Assembly (NCBI GenBank): GCA_001780275.1
Contig: MFGB01000005.1
Coordinates: 84,306 to 148,305 of the forward strand
From: Candidatus Falkowbacteria bacterium RIFOXYA2_FULL_47_19
GTDB taxonomy: Bacteria > Patescibacteriota > Patescibacteriia > Patescibacteriales > UBA12075
Reading direction: 5' to 3'
DNA: 64,000 bases
Below the pieces are notes generated by a model. That model saw nothing but the letters and a program-made list of their open reading frames with translations. It had not been told where the DNA came from and made no database searches. The position numbers and the translations under genes were made by a program. This document shows positions 9,069 through 19,600 of the stretch, one piece after another; the stretch's first letter is position 1; every line of letters starts with the position of its first letter.

Positions 9069-9150
9069 ATTACAAATTCACAAATCGCGACACAAATGCA
9101 CAAATTTAAAATTATTTGTGAATTTGTGATTAAATTTGTATATTTGTAAT
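9069..9150. repeat. ACAAAT/ATTTGT hexamer-array palindrome, copy 2 (fully symmetric)
   Basis: Left arm has four ACAAAT spaced 2-6-2 nt, then the centre TTAAAATT. Right arm has four ATTTGT spaced 2-6-2 nt. It fills the fmt/dedA divergent intergenic region. An embedded TTGTGA-17-TATATT faces dedA. Confidence 0.85.
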
Positions 9151-9158
9151 CAAACAGT

Positions 9159-9785
9159 ATGCACGAATTAATTGATTTACTCCTCGCTTTCAGCTCAAAC
9201 CTGGGCTATACCGGCATTATTTTGCTTATGGCGGTCGAAAGCTCGTTCATTCCCTTTCCGTCCGAGATCGTGGTGCCGCCGGCCGCGTACCTGGCTTCTC
9301 AGGGGGAGATGGATATTTTCCTGGTAATCCTCTCCGGTATTTCCGGCAGCCTGATCGGCGCGACCCTTAATTATTTCCTGGCCATGTGGCTGGGGCGCAA
9401 AGTAATTTATTCTTTGTCGCGCACCCGGATCGCCCGGATGCTACTTATCAATGAGGCGCAAATAAAAAAATCCGAAGACCTGTTTTTGAAATTCGGCAAT
9501 CTTTCCACTTTCTGGGGCCGGCTCATACCGGCGGTCAGGCAGCTTATATCCTTGCCGGCCGGATTCTCCAAAATGCCTTTTAAAAACTTTATTTTTTTCA
9601 CATTTCTGGGCTCCGGACTCTGGACGGTTATTTTAGCCGTTCTCGGTTATGTTTTTGGCGCCAACCAGGAAGCTTTAAGGCAATACTACAAAGAAATCAG
9701 CGTTATTTTCGGGGCGATAGCGATAGGGGTAATAATTTTGATGGTCATGAAAAAAAATAAAAACAAGGCGCTGCCCCCAAGTTAA
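9159..9785 (+). CDS. dedA: DedA family membrane protein
   Basis: Multi-TM protein with the typical MAVESSFIPFPSEIV and GRLIPxVR blocks. Confidence 0.88.
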   Translation: MHELIDLLLAFSSNLGYTGIILLMAVESSFIPFPSEIVVPPAAYLASQGEMDIFLVILSGISGSLIGATLNYFLAMWLGRKVIYSLSRTRIARMLLINEAQIKKSEDLFLKFGNLSTFWGRLIPAVRQLISLPAGFSKMPFKNFIFFTFLGSGLWTVILAVLGYVFGANQEALRQYYKEISVIFGAIAIGVIILMVMKKNKNKALPPS

Positions 9786-10249
9786 TTGCGTATAATGTCG
9801 CGCGCTTTGTCCGTAAACAAGATCCCGTCCAGATGATCGATCTCGTGCTGCAGCACCCGGGCCAACAAACCGGCAGCCGACATTTTTATGGTCTTGCCGC
9901 TTCCGTCGATATAAGAATAATCCACTTTTTTGTGCCTTCTTACCTGTCCGAAAACGCCGGGAATCGACAGGCAGCCTTCCGCGCCCCATTCTTTAAGCCA
10001 GGATCGTTTGGTTATTTCCGGATTGATCATGCAGATGGCGCCATCCTTCGTATTGACCGTAATTACCCGGATGTTTTTGCCGATCTGCGGAGCCGCCAGG
10101 CCTACGCCGTCCTTTTTTAACATAGTTAAAACCATATCCTCGCAAAGTTCCTGGATCTGCCGGGTTTTAAGTTTTTTTGGATCCAGTTTCCGGGACTTTT
10201 TCCGTAAGACAGGATTCGGGTCCGTAATTATAGTTAATAATAGAGGCAT
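9782..10249 (-). CDS. def: Peptide deformylase
   Basis: Motifs GVGLAAPQIG, EGCLSIPG and QHEIDHLDG. Confidence 0.95.
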   Translation of the reverse strand: MPLLLTIITDPNPVLRKKSRKLDPKKLKTRQIQELCEDMVLTMLKKDGVGLAAPQIGKNIRVITVNTKDGAICMINPEITKRSWLKEWGAEGCLSIPGVFGQVRRHKKVDYSYIDGSGKTIKMSAAGLLARVLQHEIDHLDGILFTDKARDIIRN

Positions 10250-10406
10250 ATTGACATTATTTATTATTCATGTTCTTTCTCGTATAATAGCTTATTTTTA
10301 TAAAAATGGCAAGATTTTAGCGCGATGTCGGCAATGACGGAAGATTAAAGAGAGTTAGTATTATTTTTAAAGCCGTTCATTAAAAAATTTAAAGGGGAAT
10401 GTAGCG

Positions 10407-11513
10407 ATGCGCGGAAAAAAAATATCCTGCTTTGTTTTCTGTCTTTTTTTACTTCTGAGCGGCTGCGGCACTTTTACTAAACCGGCCGACACGATAAAAA
10501 AAACAAAAGAACTCTTATTCGGACAGGCGCGGCATAATTTCAAAATACTGGAAGTCTCCATCAGAGAAAAAGTTCCGCATCGGCCGGAGATCGTGTTATG
10601 GGATTATCGCGCTGATAATGATCCGGAAGTAAAGGCCATGGTTTCTGGTTACGTGGCCGGAAAACAAGAGTTAATGGATAATCTCAGGTCGAGGCTTAAC
10701 TCTAAAATCATCCGGATATTTTTCGAAAATAGAGAATTACTGGTAGCATATACTTTTCAACCGGAGGAAAGACCGGAATTCATTGCCGCTTATAGCGCCT
10801 ATTTTAAAGACATTGCCCGGTTTTCCGCCGACCTGGGTATAGATTTGCCTGAGATCAATCCCATATTCATAAACGCACCCTATCCGGAGACACCGGCAAC
10901 TGAACGCACCGCCTATATCGTTTACAGATATTTCAAGCAATTCCGCCTGAAATGCTATTTCGAGGGCGAAAACGGCGAACGAACCAATCGCTTCTGGTTC
11001 GCCGGGTCGTTTTGCTCCGGTCAGCAGGGTGGGGTTGAAATTATCCTTTCAAATCCGGCCATCGGCGTCTATGAAGTCAGAAGGAACCCGCTGACGATCT
11101 GGAAAACCGACACCAGCAACATTTTTACGCTTCTGGCCACTCCTCTGGAAGAGCGTCTGCATTTTTTGGTTGGAGAATATACCGACAAAAAAATTCTTGA
11201 GGAGATCGGTCGCGTAAATGATCCGACAAGCGAGGAAATGCAGGTTATTCTTGACAAGTGGACGACCGTGGAAGAATTTATCGTCGGCGGCCTTGTTCAT
11301 AATATCCTGGATGCATACCTGGAGGCGAACGGACTAAAGATCGATCCAGCGGTCCGCGGGGAAGTAGTGGCTAATTTTAAAAATTCCCCTCAGTACAAAT
11401 ATCGGGCGGCCGGTATAGAATTCGTCCGTATAATCGGGATAAAAAAAGCGCTGGAGACCTATAAGCGCGATCCGGGTGCCTTGGCCGATCTTCTGAAAAG
11501 ATTCGCTAGATAA
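10407..11513 (+). CDS. Putative lipoprotein, unknown function
   Basis: Signal peptide with the lipobox LLLSGC, then a 368-aa ORF. A hairpin terminator follows. Confidence 0.7.
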   Translation: MRGKKISCFVFCLFLLLSGCGTFTKPADTIKKTKELLFGQARHNFKILEVSIREKVPHRPEIVLWDYRADNDPEVKAMVSGYVAGKQELMDNLRSRLNSKIIRIFFENRELLVAYTFQPEERPEFIAAYSAYFKDIARFSADLGIDLPEINPIFINAPYPETPATERTAYIVYRYFKQFRLKCYFEGENGERTNRFWFAGSFCSGQQGGVEIILSNPAIGVYEVRRNPLTIWKTDTSNIFTLLATPLEERLHFLVGEYTDKKILEEIGRVNDPTSEEMQVILDKWTTVEEFIVGGLVHNILDAYLEANGLKIDPAVRGEVVANFKNSPQYKYRAAGIEFVRIIGIKKALETYKRDPGALADLLKRFAR

Positions 11514-11515
11514 AC

Positions 11516-11545
11516 AACGGGAATTTTAAAAATTCCCGTTTTATT
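11516..11545 (+). terminator. Rho-independent terminator
   Basis: Perfect palindrome AACGGGAATTTT/AAAATTCCCGTT followed by TTATT. Confidence 0.7.
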
Positions 11546-11600
11546 GTGAGTATTAACATTTCGCCGGTCTAATGTTATAATAAAAACAATTATTAAAGTT

Positions 11601-11903
11601 ATGGACGAGAAAAAAAGCGACATTACCGGTATCGGAGATATCCTCAAATCAAGGCAAATAAAAAAACCGCCCGCTTACGCCTGGCAGGACCTGGCTTTGC
11701 GCGTGGTAAAAGAGCTTAAAATACCGCCATTTAAAAAGGGCGCGGTTTTTAAGGTTTGCAAAGAGCATCCTTCCCAGACAATACTGAACGCCATGAATGA
11801 TACTAAAGAATTATGCAAAACCAAGGGGGCGGGCTGGAAATATTTTTTTAAGATAATCGGAAGCCCCAAAGAGGAGGGGGCTGACGCGCAGGACCGATCT
11901 TAG
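11601..11903 (+). CDS. Hypothetical basic protein
   Basis: 100-aa ORF in an otherwise empty interval. I recognise no motif. Confidence 0.5.
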   Translation: MDEKKSDITGIGDILKSRQIKKPPAYAWQDLALRVVKELKIPPFKKGAVFKVCKEHPSQTILNAMNDTKELCKTKGAGWKYFFKIIGSPKEEGADAQDRS

Positions 11904-11932
11904 TCTTAAATTTTAAAGTTTATTTGTAAAAC

Positions 11933-11958
11933 AAAAGAGGCTTTTAAAGCCTCTTTTA
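11933..11958. terminator. Bidirectional terminator between convergent genes
   Basis: AAAAGAGGC-ttttaaa-GCCTCTTTT. Confidence 0.65.
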
Positions 11959-11971
11959 TAATATTATCCGT

Positions 11972-12760
11972 TTATAATTCAAAGTCCATCGCCAAGTAAC
12001 CCACTCCGAAAGGATATTCGTATGACAACAATTTCGGCTCATGCTTGATGCCGTCAAGGATCCCCAAAAGGATCAGGATAGATTTCAGTCCGCATTCGCC
12101 CGCGTCCATGGTCAGATGCCGATCGATCTCGACTATATCACGGAACCTGTTCTTTAAAAGGCACTCCTGGATCTTTTGGTCGAATTTTTTGCCCTTGGGC
12201 GAGTAACCGGCCGGCGCGTCCTTGGTCAGGCGGTGAGAAAGATCGCCGGAAGCGATAACCGCCACCCGGTCCCGATTGACCAGGAATTCGCGTTTCAGGA
12301 GTTCTCCGAATTGGAAATGGGCTTCGTTGCTGAGACCGGAATAATAGATGGGGATTATTTTTACAGCCGGCAATTTTTCGGTCAGAAGATAGAGCGGCAC
12401 GGACGCTCCGTGGTCAAGCTCTTCGGCGGAGATAAGCTGCAGAGGCGCTTTGGTTTCAAGGCTTTCCCTTATCCGGTGGGTTAGCGCGATATTGCCGTTC
12501 CAGGTTTTTTTCGTGGCAAAATCCCCGAAATCCTTGAAATTGCAGGAAAATTGGGGATTAAGATTCATCGTAAATACGTTAGACTGGATTATGCCGTGCG
12601 GAGAAATAATGACGATGGTGTCGATATTGTCGTCCGTAAGTTTTTTCGCCAGCAAGCGGTAGGATTCGGCCGTTGCCGCCAGCCGGGAAAGGTTTTCTTT
12701 CCCGATCGCGGGAATAAGCAGGGGCGGATGGGGGACCACTGAAGCGTGAACGAGAGACAT
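11972..12760 (-). CDS. LigB-fold (class III extradiol dioxygenase / Memo-like) protein
   Basis: N-terminus SVVPHPPLLIP plus the later ISPHG and SGDLSHR blocks fit the LigB/Memo superfamily. The exact subfamily is not resolved. Confidence 0.65.
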   Translation of the reverse strand: MSLVHASVVPHPPLLIPAIGKENLSRLAATAESYRLLAKKLTDDNIDTIVIISPHGIIQSNVFTMNLNPQFSCNFKDFGDFATKKTWNGNIALTHRIRESLETKAPLQLISAEELDHGASVPLYLLTEKLPAVKIIPIYYSGLSNEAHFQFGELLKREFLVNRDRVAVIASGDLSHRLTKDAPAGYSPKGKKFDQKIQECLLKNRFRDIVEIDRHLTMDAGECGLKSILILLGILDGIKHEPKLLSYEYPFGVGYLAMDFEL

Positions 12761-12809
12761 ATACTTTTACAAAAGACGCATGGATATTGCGTCTTTTTTC
12801 TTATATTTT

Positions 12810-14357
12810 TTATGGGTTTAAAATATTATTTATAGTTTCGCTTAACTCATCGTCCGCGGTCGAGGTCGCGGCGGCGTCCTGAGAGTCGGCTGCGTCATCG
12901 TCAGTCTCCGTTTCCGCCGCGTAAATCTCGCTTAAGGGTTCGCCGACTTCGTAGAGAGCCAGTATTTTCGGGGTAACCGTAATAACGTTCTCCCAGCGGT
13001 AGCCCATATCTTCGAATATTTTGCCGGAAGTGATCGCCCTTCTCCTGCCATTGTCTATGACATAAACGGCCGGCGAAGCGCTTGATTTTATGAGCTCGCC
13101 ATCGCCGAAGATGGCCGGTTCCACGGTTTTATACCCGGCCAGTTTTTCCGGGGATTCGGGGGTGATCGCCTTGCCCTTGAATTTAGTTTTAAGAAGCACG
13201 GCGTCCCAGAGCGGCGCTTTCGTCCCGTCGCTTACCCAGTAGATTCCGCCGGTAGTTTTATCCTGGAGCAAAGCGCCGGTCGGGTAAGAGGTCGTAGCGG
13301 TCAAGGGGACGCCCTCCCGGTAGGCGTTTATATCTTCCCAACTCGCGTTCATAACCTCTTCCGGGTTATAGCCGATCTTCCGGAAAGCTTCGGTGCTGTC
13401 AAACCCGCGCCGGGTATCATCAACTAAAAGATAAATCGTGCCCCCGGGGGAGCGAACCAGCGAGTATTGCGGGAATTTTATGGGCGCGCCTTTAGGGTAG
13501 CGGTCTAATTCGCTTTTACCCACCTGGAGCACTTTTTTGACATCAAAACGGCTGGTTAAAGCGCCCTTGCTTAAAAACGGGCGTTTTTGGCCTTTTTGGA
13601 TAAGCCAGACACCGGCCTCCCCCTTAACCTGGAGCAAACTGCCATTCGGATAAGTGAATGTAAAATAACGCATCCAGAGCTTGTGGAAATTAAAGTTGCC
13701 GTTATAAACATGCGGAGTGTAGTTATAAAGAGCGGCAGTAGCGTTGTTGGCCGGGGTAACGGCCTGAGCAGGCCGGCCGGTATTCGTGATCGTATAAGTA
13801 TTGCCGGCTTTATAGGAGTAAAGATGCGGGTTGGTGACATAATCGAAGAATTGCAAAGCCGCGGAATTCACCTGTTTTCCGAAGCCCTGCCAGCGGGAAT
13901 TACAGCCGCCGCCGTCCGGACAGCCGTAGCCGGTCGCCCAGTCAAGCTGCCTCGGGGTGGGGGAGGTATCATCGATAAGGCTTTGCTCTTTTTGCAGTAA
14001 AACGAGCAGTAGGCGGGGATTTATCCGGGCGGGTTTGCATTTTATCTTTCTTTCGGCCTCGGTCGGATTGGCGCTCATCTCCGCGTCGCCGCAATCGTAG
14101 TTATTGGTAGCGGCGTCATAGATTATCTCCGCGGCGGTTTTGGTCTTGCCCTCGAAGTTTGCCGTTTTATAGCGGGCAAGGTAGCCGCCCTGGTTATCCA
14201 GAAAAGCCTGAATTTCGGAGAGGGTCATGGTGCTCGAGTCGAGCATTTCCGCGTCGCTGATTATATTATTGGGATTGAATTCCGCGGCCCGCGCCCCGCT
14301 CCAAGCTAAACCTAAGCCGATCGTTATTATGCTCAGTAATAAAAACTTTTTAGTCAT
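12810..14357 (-). CDS. Secreted protein with acidic C-terminal tail, unknown function
   Basis: Signal peptide MTKKFLLLSIITIGLGLAWSGARA, 515 aa, C-terminal AETETDDDAADSQDAAATSTADDE. Confidence 0.7.
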   Translation of the reverse strand: MTKKFLLLSIITIGLGLAWSGARAAEFNPNNIISDAEMLDSSTMTLSEIQAFLDNQGGYLARYKTANFEGKTKTAAEIIYDAATNNYDCGDAEMSANPTEAERKIKCKPARINPRLLLVLLQKEQSLIDDTSPTPRQLDWATGYGCPDGGGCNSRWQGFGKQVNSAALQFFDYVTNPHLYSYKAGNTYTITNTGRPAQAVTPANNATAALYNYTPHVYNGNFNFHKLWMRYFTFTYPNGSLLQVKGEAGVWLIQKGQKRPFLSKGALTSRFDVKKVLQVGKSELDRYPKGAPIKFPQYSLVRSPGGTIYLLVDDTRRGFDSTEAFRKIGYNPEEVMNASWEDINAYREGVPLTATTSYPTGALLQDKTTGGIYWVSDGTKAPLWDAVLLKTKFKGKAITPESPEKLAGYKTVEPAIFGDGELIKSSASPAVYVIDNGRRRAITSGKIFEDMGYRWENVITVTPKILALYEVGEPLSEIYAAETETDDDAADSQDAAATSTADDELSETINNILNP

Positions 14358-14489
14358 ATTAAAACAAAAAAGACACGATTTATAATGTCCGTAAGTTAAT
14401 TTTTTATTATTTTTATTATACTATAGATCGCTTTTTTGCACAAATTAATACAATTAGAAAATTTTAAAAAATAAAAGAGGTTAATTTAT

Positions 14490-14927
14490 TCAACCTCTTA
14501 CTTTTTTATTTTTTTCTTTCGCTTCATCTAAAATTTTTCTGAATCTGTTGACATTCTTCCAGAAATCATACATTTCAATCCTGCCTGGATGGTGTTTTTG
14601 TAAGTCCCCGAACAGGCGTTTGGTTTTCCTATCCCAACCAGCTAAAGAAATAACCGGAAAATCTTTGATGGCCTCTTTGATCAAGCAGGTAGCCAAGCCG
14701 CGTCCGCGATAACGTTCATGCACATAAATCATAAAATAAATTTTATATTCATGGTGCAATACAAACGCCCAGCCCATAAGCTGTTTCGGACCCATTATGA
14801 CCATAGTCGGCGATTCTGGAAAATATGGGATAAAACGCCTTAGCCAACCGCCTTCAAGAGTGGCCCGCTTTAATCTCTCTTGCATTCGTTCGTCCCAATC
14901 ACAAAATTTTTTCCTGAGTATATCCAC
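14490..14927 (-). CDS. GNAT family N-acetyltransferase
   Basis: Acetyl-CoA binding block YVHERYRGRGLATCLIKEAI. Confidence 0.75.
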   Translation of the reverse strand: MDILRKKFCDWDERMQERLKRATLEGGWLRRFIPYFPESPTMVIMGPKQLMGWAFVLHHEYKIYFMIYVHERYRGRGLATCLIKEAIKDFPVISLAGWDRKTKRLFGDLQKHHPGRIEMYDFWKNVNRFRKILDEAKEKNKKVRG

Positions 14928-14969
14928 TATACAATACCCCCGTTTTTAGTCAAAGTACGAATTTTATCT

Positions 14970-14998
14970 AGTTTAGTATAAGTTAAAAGTTTTGTCAA
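14970..14998 (-). promoter_or_regulatory. Promoter of the GNAT gene
   Basis: On the minus strand: TTGACA (14998-14993), 17 nt, TAAACT (14975-14970). Confidence 0.55.
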
Positions 14999-15016
14999 AA
15001 ACATTTTTGCACAAAT

Positions 15017-15056
15017 AAAAACCCCGGAATTGATTTTCCGGGGATTTTTCATTTTT
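15017..15056 (-). terminator. Terminator of the 15079-16407 gene
   Basis: Stem CCCCGGAA/TTCCGGGG with a 6-nt loop, flanked by A and T runs. Confidence 0.75.
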
Positions 15057-15078
15057 TGAAAGGTGCTCTCATGCCCCA

Positions 15079-16407
15079 TTACGGCATGGATAAGATAAAC
15101 ATTTTGTTATTCTGCGAACGGGCAAAACTCCAATCTAATACTTTCCCGGCGCCTAGACGATTATCAATGTCGCCACGCTCTTCCGGTCCGGCCGGAAAAT
15201 CTCCTGGCATTGGCACCGGGTGCGTATTATAGTAATAACCTTCCTGGACATACGCGATATCCGATGCGTCCACTTTTATTTCCGAGAATAAAGGCGGTAT
15301 AGGATCATCTACCGTACCTTGCGTATTCCCGGGCAGATGACAGGTAATATACGGCGCGCTTTCCAATCCGTCAACCATGTTAGAGACGGAAATGAAAACT
15401 CCCGTAAAAAGATTGATACCACCGTACATCGCCACCGCGGCATTTATTTCTACTGCATATTCCGTGGTTCCCGCCGGGAGGAGAGTGTCAATAAAAGCCG
15501 CTCCGTCCGGACTTTCCAGGTCTTCTAAGGTCCGGGCAACGCGGAAAATAACGCCGTCGCTTTCGGCGGGCGGCATCCATCCGAAAATAGCCTTATAACG
15601 GTTGCCGACCGTACTTGCTTCCAGCCTTTGGAGATAGGCGTGCATTATGGGTTCAACAATGGGATTCTGGACCGCTATGGTTATATTCGTAAATTCGTAG
15701 CTGCCCGCTGCTTGACCGCAGTAAACCTTTAGTTCGGCAGTCATAACCGGATCTCGGAGGACGATTTCAATAGAATGTCGTCTCCATTCAGAATCGACAA
15801 ATACAGTCCTTTCGGTGGAGTGGGACACGCCGTCTTCGTCTTCTATTCTCAGCGAAATCAAACTGTCAGAACCGGCCAGATCGGTGAATTTAGCATCAAA
15901 TTCAACCAATACGACCTGTCCGACATTGGCGTTTACGCCGGTTTTCTTCCAATATATGTCTTTCGGGTCTATCGGTTCCGTTTCGACGTTGATGTTGATG
16001 ACCCGCAACGAGTGGTTAATCCCGTCATTGTCCGGATCAGTCCCGGTCAAATATGATTCATAGGAATCATTTAGAGTGTTTACATACGCGGTACCGAGCG
16101 TTACTTCGTTAGAATTTCCGCTTTGTTCGGTTGTGCCTACAATGTAGGCTCGGCAAACGAAATAGTAGGTATTATTTTCATCTATATCAGGAATGGTACA
16201 GTTAGTGGCCGTGCCCTCCCACCTGGGGAGGGAATAGTTATAGTTTGCCCCAGCCGATCTTATGAATATCCTGTAACCGATTTCTCTGCCCTGCTGATCG
16301 GGAGGATTTGGGTCCCAGGCCAGGCTTACATCGGCAGCGTTCGCGCTCATTGCGAAGAGACCGCCGAGTGCCAGAAAAAAGATCAGAATTACGGAAATTT
16401 TTTTCAT
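15079..16407 (-). CDS. Secreted protein with N-terminal FN3-like module
   Basis: Signal peptide, then VSLAWDPNPPDQQGREIGYRIFIRS (FN3-like). A weak dockerin-like pattern sits near the C-terminus (KVDASDIAYV.., GDIDNRLGAGKVLD). Confidence 0.7.
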   Translation of the reverse strand: MKKISVILIFFLALGGLFAMSANAADVSLAWDPNPPDQQGREIGYRIFIRSAGANYNYSLPRWEGTATNCTIPDIDENNTYYFVCRAYIVGTTEQSGNSNEVTLGTAYVNTLNDSYESYLTGTDPDNDGINHSLRVININVETEPIDPKDIYWKKTGVNANVGQVVLVEFDAKFTDLAGSDSLISLRIEDEDGVSHSTERTVFVDSEWRRHSIEIVLRDPVMTAELKVYCGQAAGSYEFTNITIAVQNPIVEPIMHAYLQRLEASTVGNRYKAIFGWMPPAESDGVIFRVARTLEDLESPDGAAFIDTLLPAGTTEYAVEINAAVAMYGGINLFTGVFISVSNMVDGLESAPYITCHLPGNTQGTVDDPIPPLFSEIKVDASDIAYVQEGYYYNTHPVPMPGDFPAGPEERGDIDNRLGAGKVLDWSFARSQNNKMFILSMP

Positions 16408-16521
16408 GCTTTCCTCCTATATTTGGGTTGTAATGAGCAATTTTGCTTGACTATTTTATGTTTTTATTTTTTAATATAGTTTATTTTTTATTCTAATATT
16501 AGTTTTATATAATTAAATTAC

Positions 16522-16550
16522 TTGACATATATTAATTTATGTGCTATAAT
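16522..16550 (+). promoter_or_regulatory. Perfect consensus sigma70 promoter for the 1096-aa surface protein
   Basis: TTGACA (16522-16527), 17 nt, TATAAT (16545-16550). The leader contains the hairpin GTCAAGCC/GGCTTGAC (16609-16636). Confidence 0.65.
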
Positions 16551-16650
16551 TAAATGTTAAGATATAAAAATATTAGAACTAACTACTATATACTAAAAAT
16601 TAAATTTTGTCAAGCCCTAGTTTTAAACGGCTTGACTAAGACAATAATTT

Positions 16651-19600
16651 ATGAAAAAACTATTCGTGATCATCGCTTTAAGCGCTCTCTTGCCGCTTAA
16701 CCCGGTCTTAGCCGCTAGCGCCAGAATCGTGGTGCCGGCAAGCGTAGGACTAAACGAAAGTTTTACTGCACAGGTCAATATTGACGATGCCGAGGATTTG
16801 CATGCCTCACGTTTCCTTGTAGATTACGACAAATCCCTTTTAGAATTTAATAATGCGGAAGTCGGCGAACTTATGGACCTTGGTTGTGATGACTTAACTC
16901 CCGGATTTCAGACTACTGATACTGGTTTACATTTTTACGTTGACAGGGGTAGTTGTGATGGAATAAATGGCAACGGTACGGCCGCGATATTAAACTTTAC
17001 CGCCAAAGGAGAGTCCGGGACTTCTGGGTTAAATTTTGTTACAGAAGGAGAAGAAAAAAGTTATCTTACTGATTCGGAGGGAATGCCCATTTCTGCTACT
17101 TGGGAAAACAGCCAAACTATAATTGATGAACAAATTATTCCGGAAGAACCGGTGGTCGATGTTATGATTACGCCGGCCGATCAAACCGTAAACGTAGGGG
17201 ATAACGTTGCTGTGGCCGTAACCGTCAAAGACGCAATCAATCTTAATACGGTCGATTTGGCCTTAACTTTTGATAATACGATTTTGACCTTTGTGGGCGT
17301 AACTCCGTCAGAAACATTAAACGATAATGGCTGGACTCTGTATGATCCGTTCGAGTATGAATCCGGATTAATCATGGTTTCAATGGATGGTATTGATGGT
17401 ACACCGATAAATAACAATCAAACACTCGTTATATTCAATTTTACTGCCATTGATTCGGGAACTTCTTATCTTAATTTCGAACCTGATTTCAATTTCTTAA
17501 ACTTTGGCGATTTAACAGCTTTGTGGAATAATGGAAACGTCACGGTTAACCAGGTAGTTGTGCCGCCGGTTGATGATACAATGGAGGTGCGTTTCTCTGA
17601 ACTTTACGAGCTTGATTACGGCTCCAGCTTCCCCTTTTGGGTAAAATTGTACAGGCCAATAGACGTATCTTACTTTTTTGCCGAATTTACTTATAACACA
17701 GAGGTTTTAAGTTACGAAGAATTTGAGTCAGGTATTACAAATGTTCCTGAATATAGCGACTGGATGCTTGATGTATTTGAAAATACACCCGGAACAATAA
17801 CGGTTATGATGGATGGAACCGGTGCGCTTCCAATAACCAATCCCACCGAAGATATACTCATGGTGGCGTTGAATTTTGAAGCGGTCGGATACGGCATAAG
17901 TACATTCGACTTTACTGAAAATCCCGACACCTGCCTGGTGGCCAACGAATCTTTTGAATCTTATGATGTCGAATGGGAAAATAGGGAAGTGACTGTTATT
18001 GATGATCAGTCTCCGATCATCAACGTAATTTTACCGACAAACGAAGACGTTTATTATTACGAAAACGCCGATCCGACCATCACTGTGCATGGAACGGCCA
18101 CGGACAATGTCGGACTTGTAAGTATCGGAAGCTCGATAGATGGCGGTACAGGTGGTGCGGGCGGCGGAGCCGGATTACCCGGACCAGATCCGGAAATTAA
18201 TTTCAGTTATGAATTCACATTAAGTGAAGGAGAAAATACAATAACAATAAGCGGCACCGACGAAGCCGGTAATTCCGCCAGCGATATTATCACAATCCAT
18301 TACTCTTTGCCCGATACGACCGCTCCGGTTATAACTTTAGTCGGCGAAAACCCTGTTAATATCTACGTCGGCGACACCTATACCGATGCCGGCGCGACCG
18401 CTATGGACGGCACAGACGGAAATATCACTGCAAATATCACTACTGTTAATCCGGTAGATATAAATATTGTCGGAACCTATGCCATAACTTATAACGTTAC
18501 CGACGCCGCTGGCAACCACGCTACCGAGGCGACCAGAACCGTTAATGTTCAGGAACCGCCTACGCCTCCAGCTCCCGCTGATATTATAGCTCCGGTCCGT
18601 TCTAATGGCGCGCCTGCGGGCACTTTAACAGCCGGCACGGCTAACGCTAACCTGACTTTTAATACCGATGAGCCGGCTTATTGCCGCTACGCTATGACGG
18701 CCAGCACCTCTTACGAGGCTATGACCGGCATCATATCGGCGGCCACGACCACCGCGCATACGCTTGCATTGAGCGGTTTAGCCAACGATACTAATCATAA
18801 ATATTATGTCCGCTGCGCCGACGAAAACGGCAACGCCAATATCGACGATTACGAAATATCCTTCTATGTAGATAAACCGGCCGCGAGTACCGGCGGAGGC
18901 GGTGGTTCTTCTTCCGGCGGCGGCAGCGGCGGAGGAGGCGGAGGAGGCGGGGGTGGCGGAGGCTCTTTGGCCACGCCCGTTTCGACCAAGCCGGGAACGG
19001 TAAGCTCGACTACCGCCGAAAGGACCGAGAACGCGATAACGATAAAATGGCAGAACCCGGCCGCTAATTACTCTAAATCCATGATCATAAAATCAACCGA
19101 GGCGCTTGCTTCCTACCTTACCTGCCAAGCCGCCGAGGCTCTCGGAGAAAAAATATATGACGGCAACGGCACCGCCTATGAAGACAAAGACATAGCTTCG
19201 AACCTTAAATATTATTACGCTCTATACGCCAAAAACAGCCAGGGTGAATGCTCGGACGCGGTTATCATAGAAAAGGGAGCGACAACCGGCGGAAATACCG
19301 GCGACTCCGATACCGATAATAACGGCGTAACCGTAGCAGTCGGCACATATAAGAATCTGGGCGGTGTCGAGGGACGGATAGTGGAAGCGGTCAGCTTAAG
19401 CGAGGCCCGGGAAATAAGAGGCAATAAAGCCCCCGTCGCTTTAAGCGCCACCACTAAGCGTTTGTATGATTATATCTATAACAAACGTAAAGCCGATCTA
19501 AGCGAAGAAGAAAGATACGCTTTAGCTTATTATATCCATAATGGCACTCCTACCACGAAAATACTCGGAGCAGGGGAAAGGGCGGGCGTTTTAAACTCCT

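Noticed and set aside
5911-9150. TGTGA/TCACA words in the hexamer arrays, considered as CRP/FNR-type sites. Similar elements were considered as Fur or Zur boxes.
   Set aside because: The half-site order and spacing do not fit TGTGA-N6-TCACA. The hexamer ACAAAT does not match Fur (GATAAT) or Zur (TCGTAAT) consensus sequences. The element is reported only as an unassigned operator-like array.
18890-18962. A G-rich low-complexity DNA tract (GGCGGAGG repeats), considered as a structural or regulatory repeat.
   Set aside because: It lies in frame inside the surface-protein gene and encodes a poly-Gly/Ser linker, so the explanation is coding-level.
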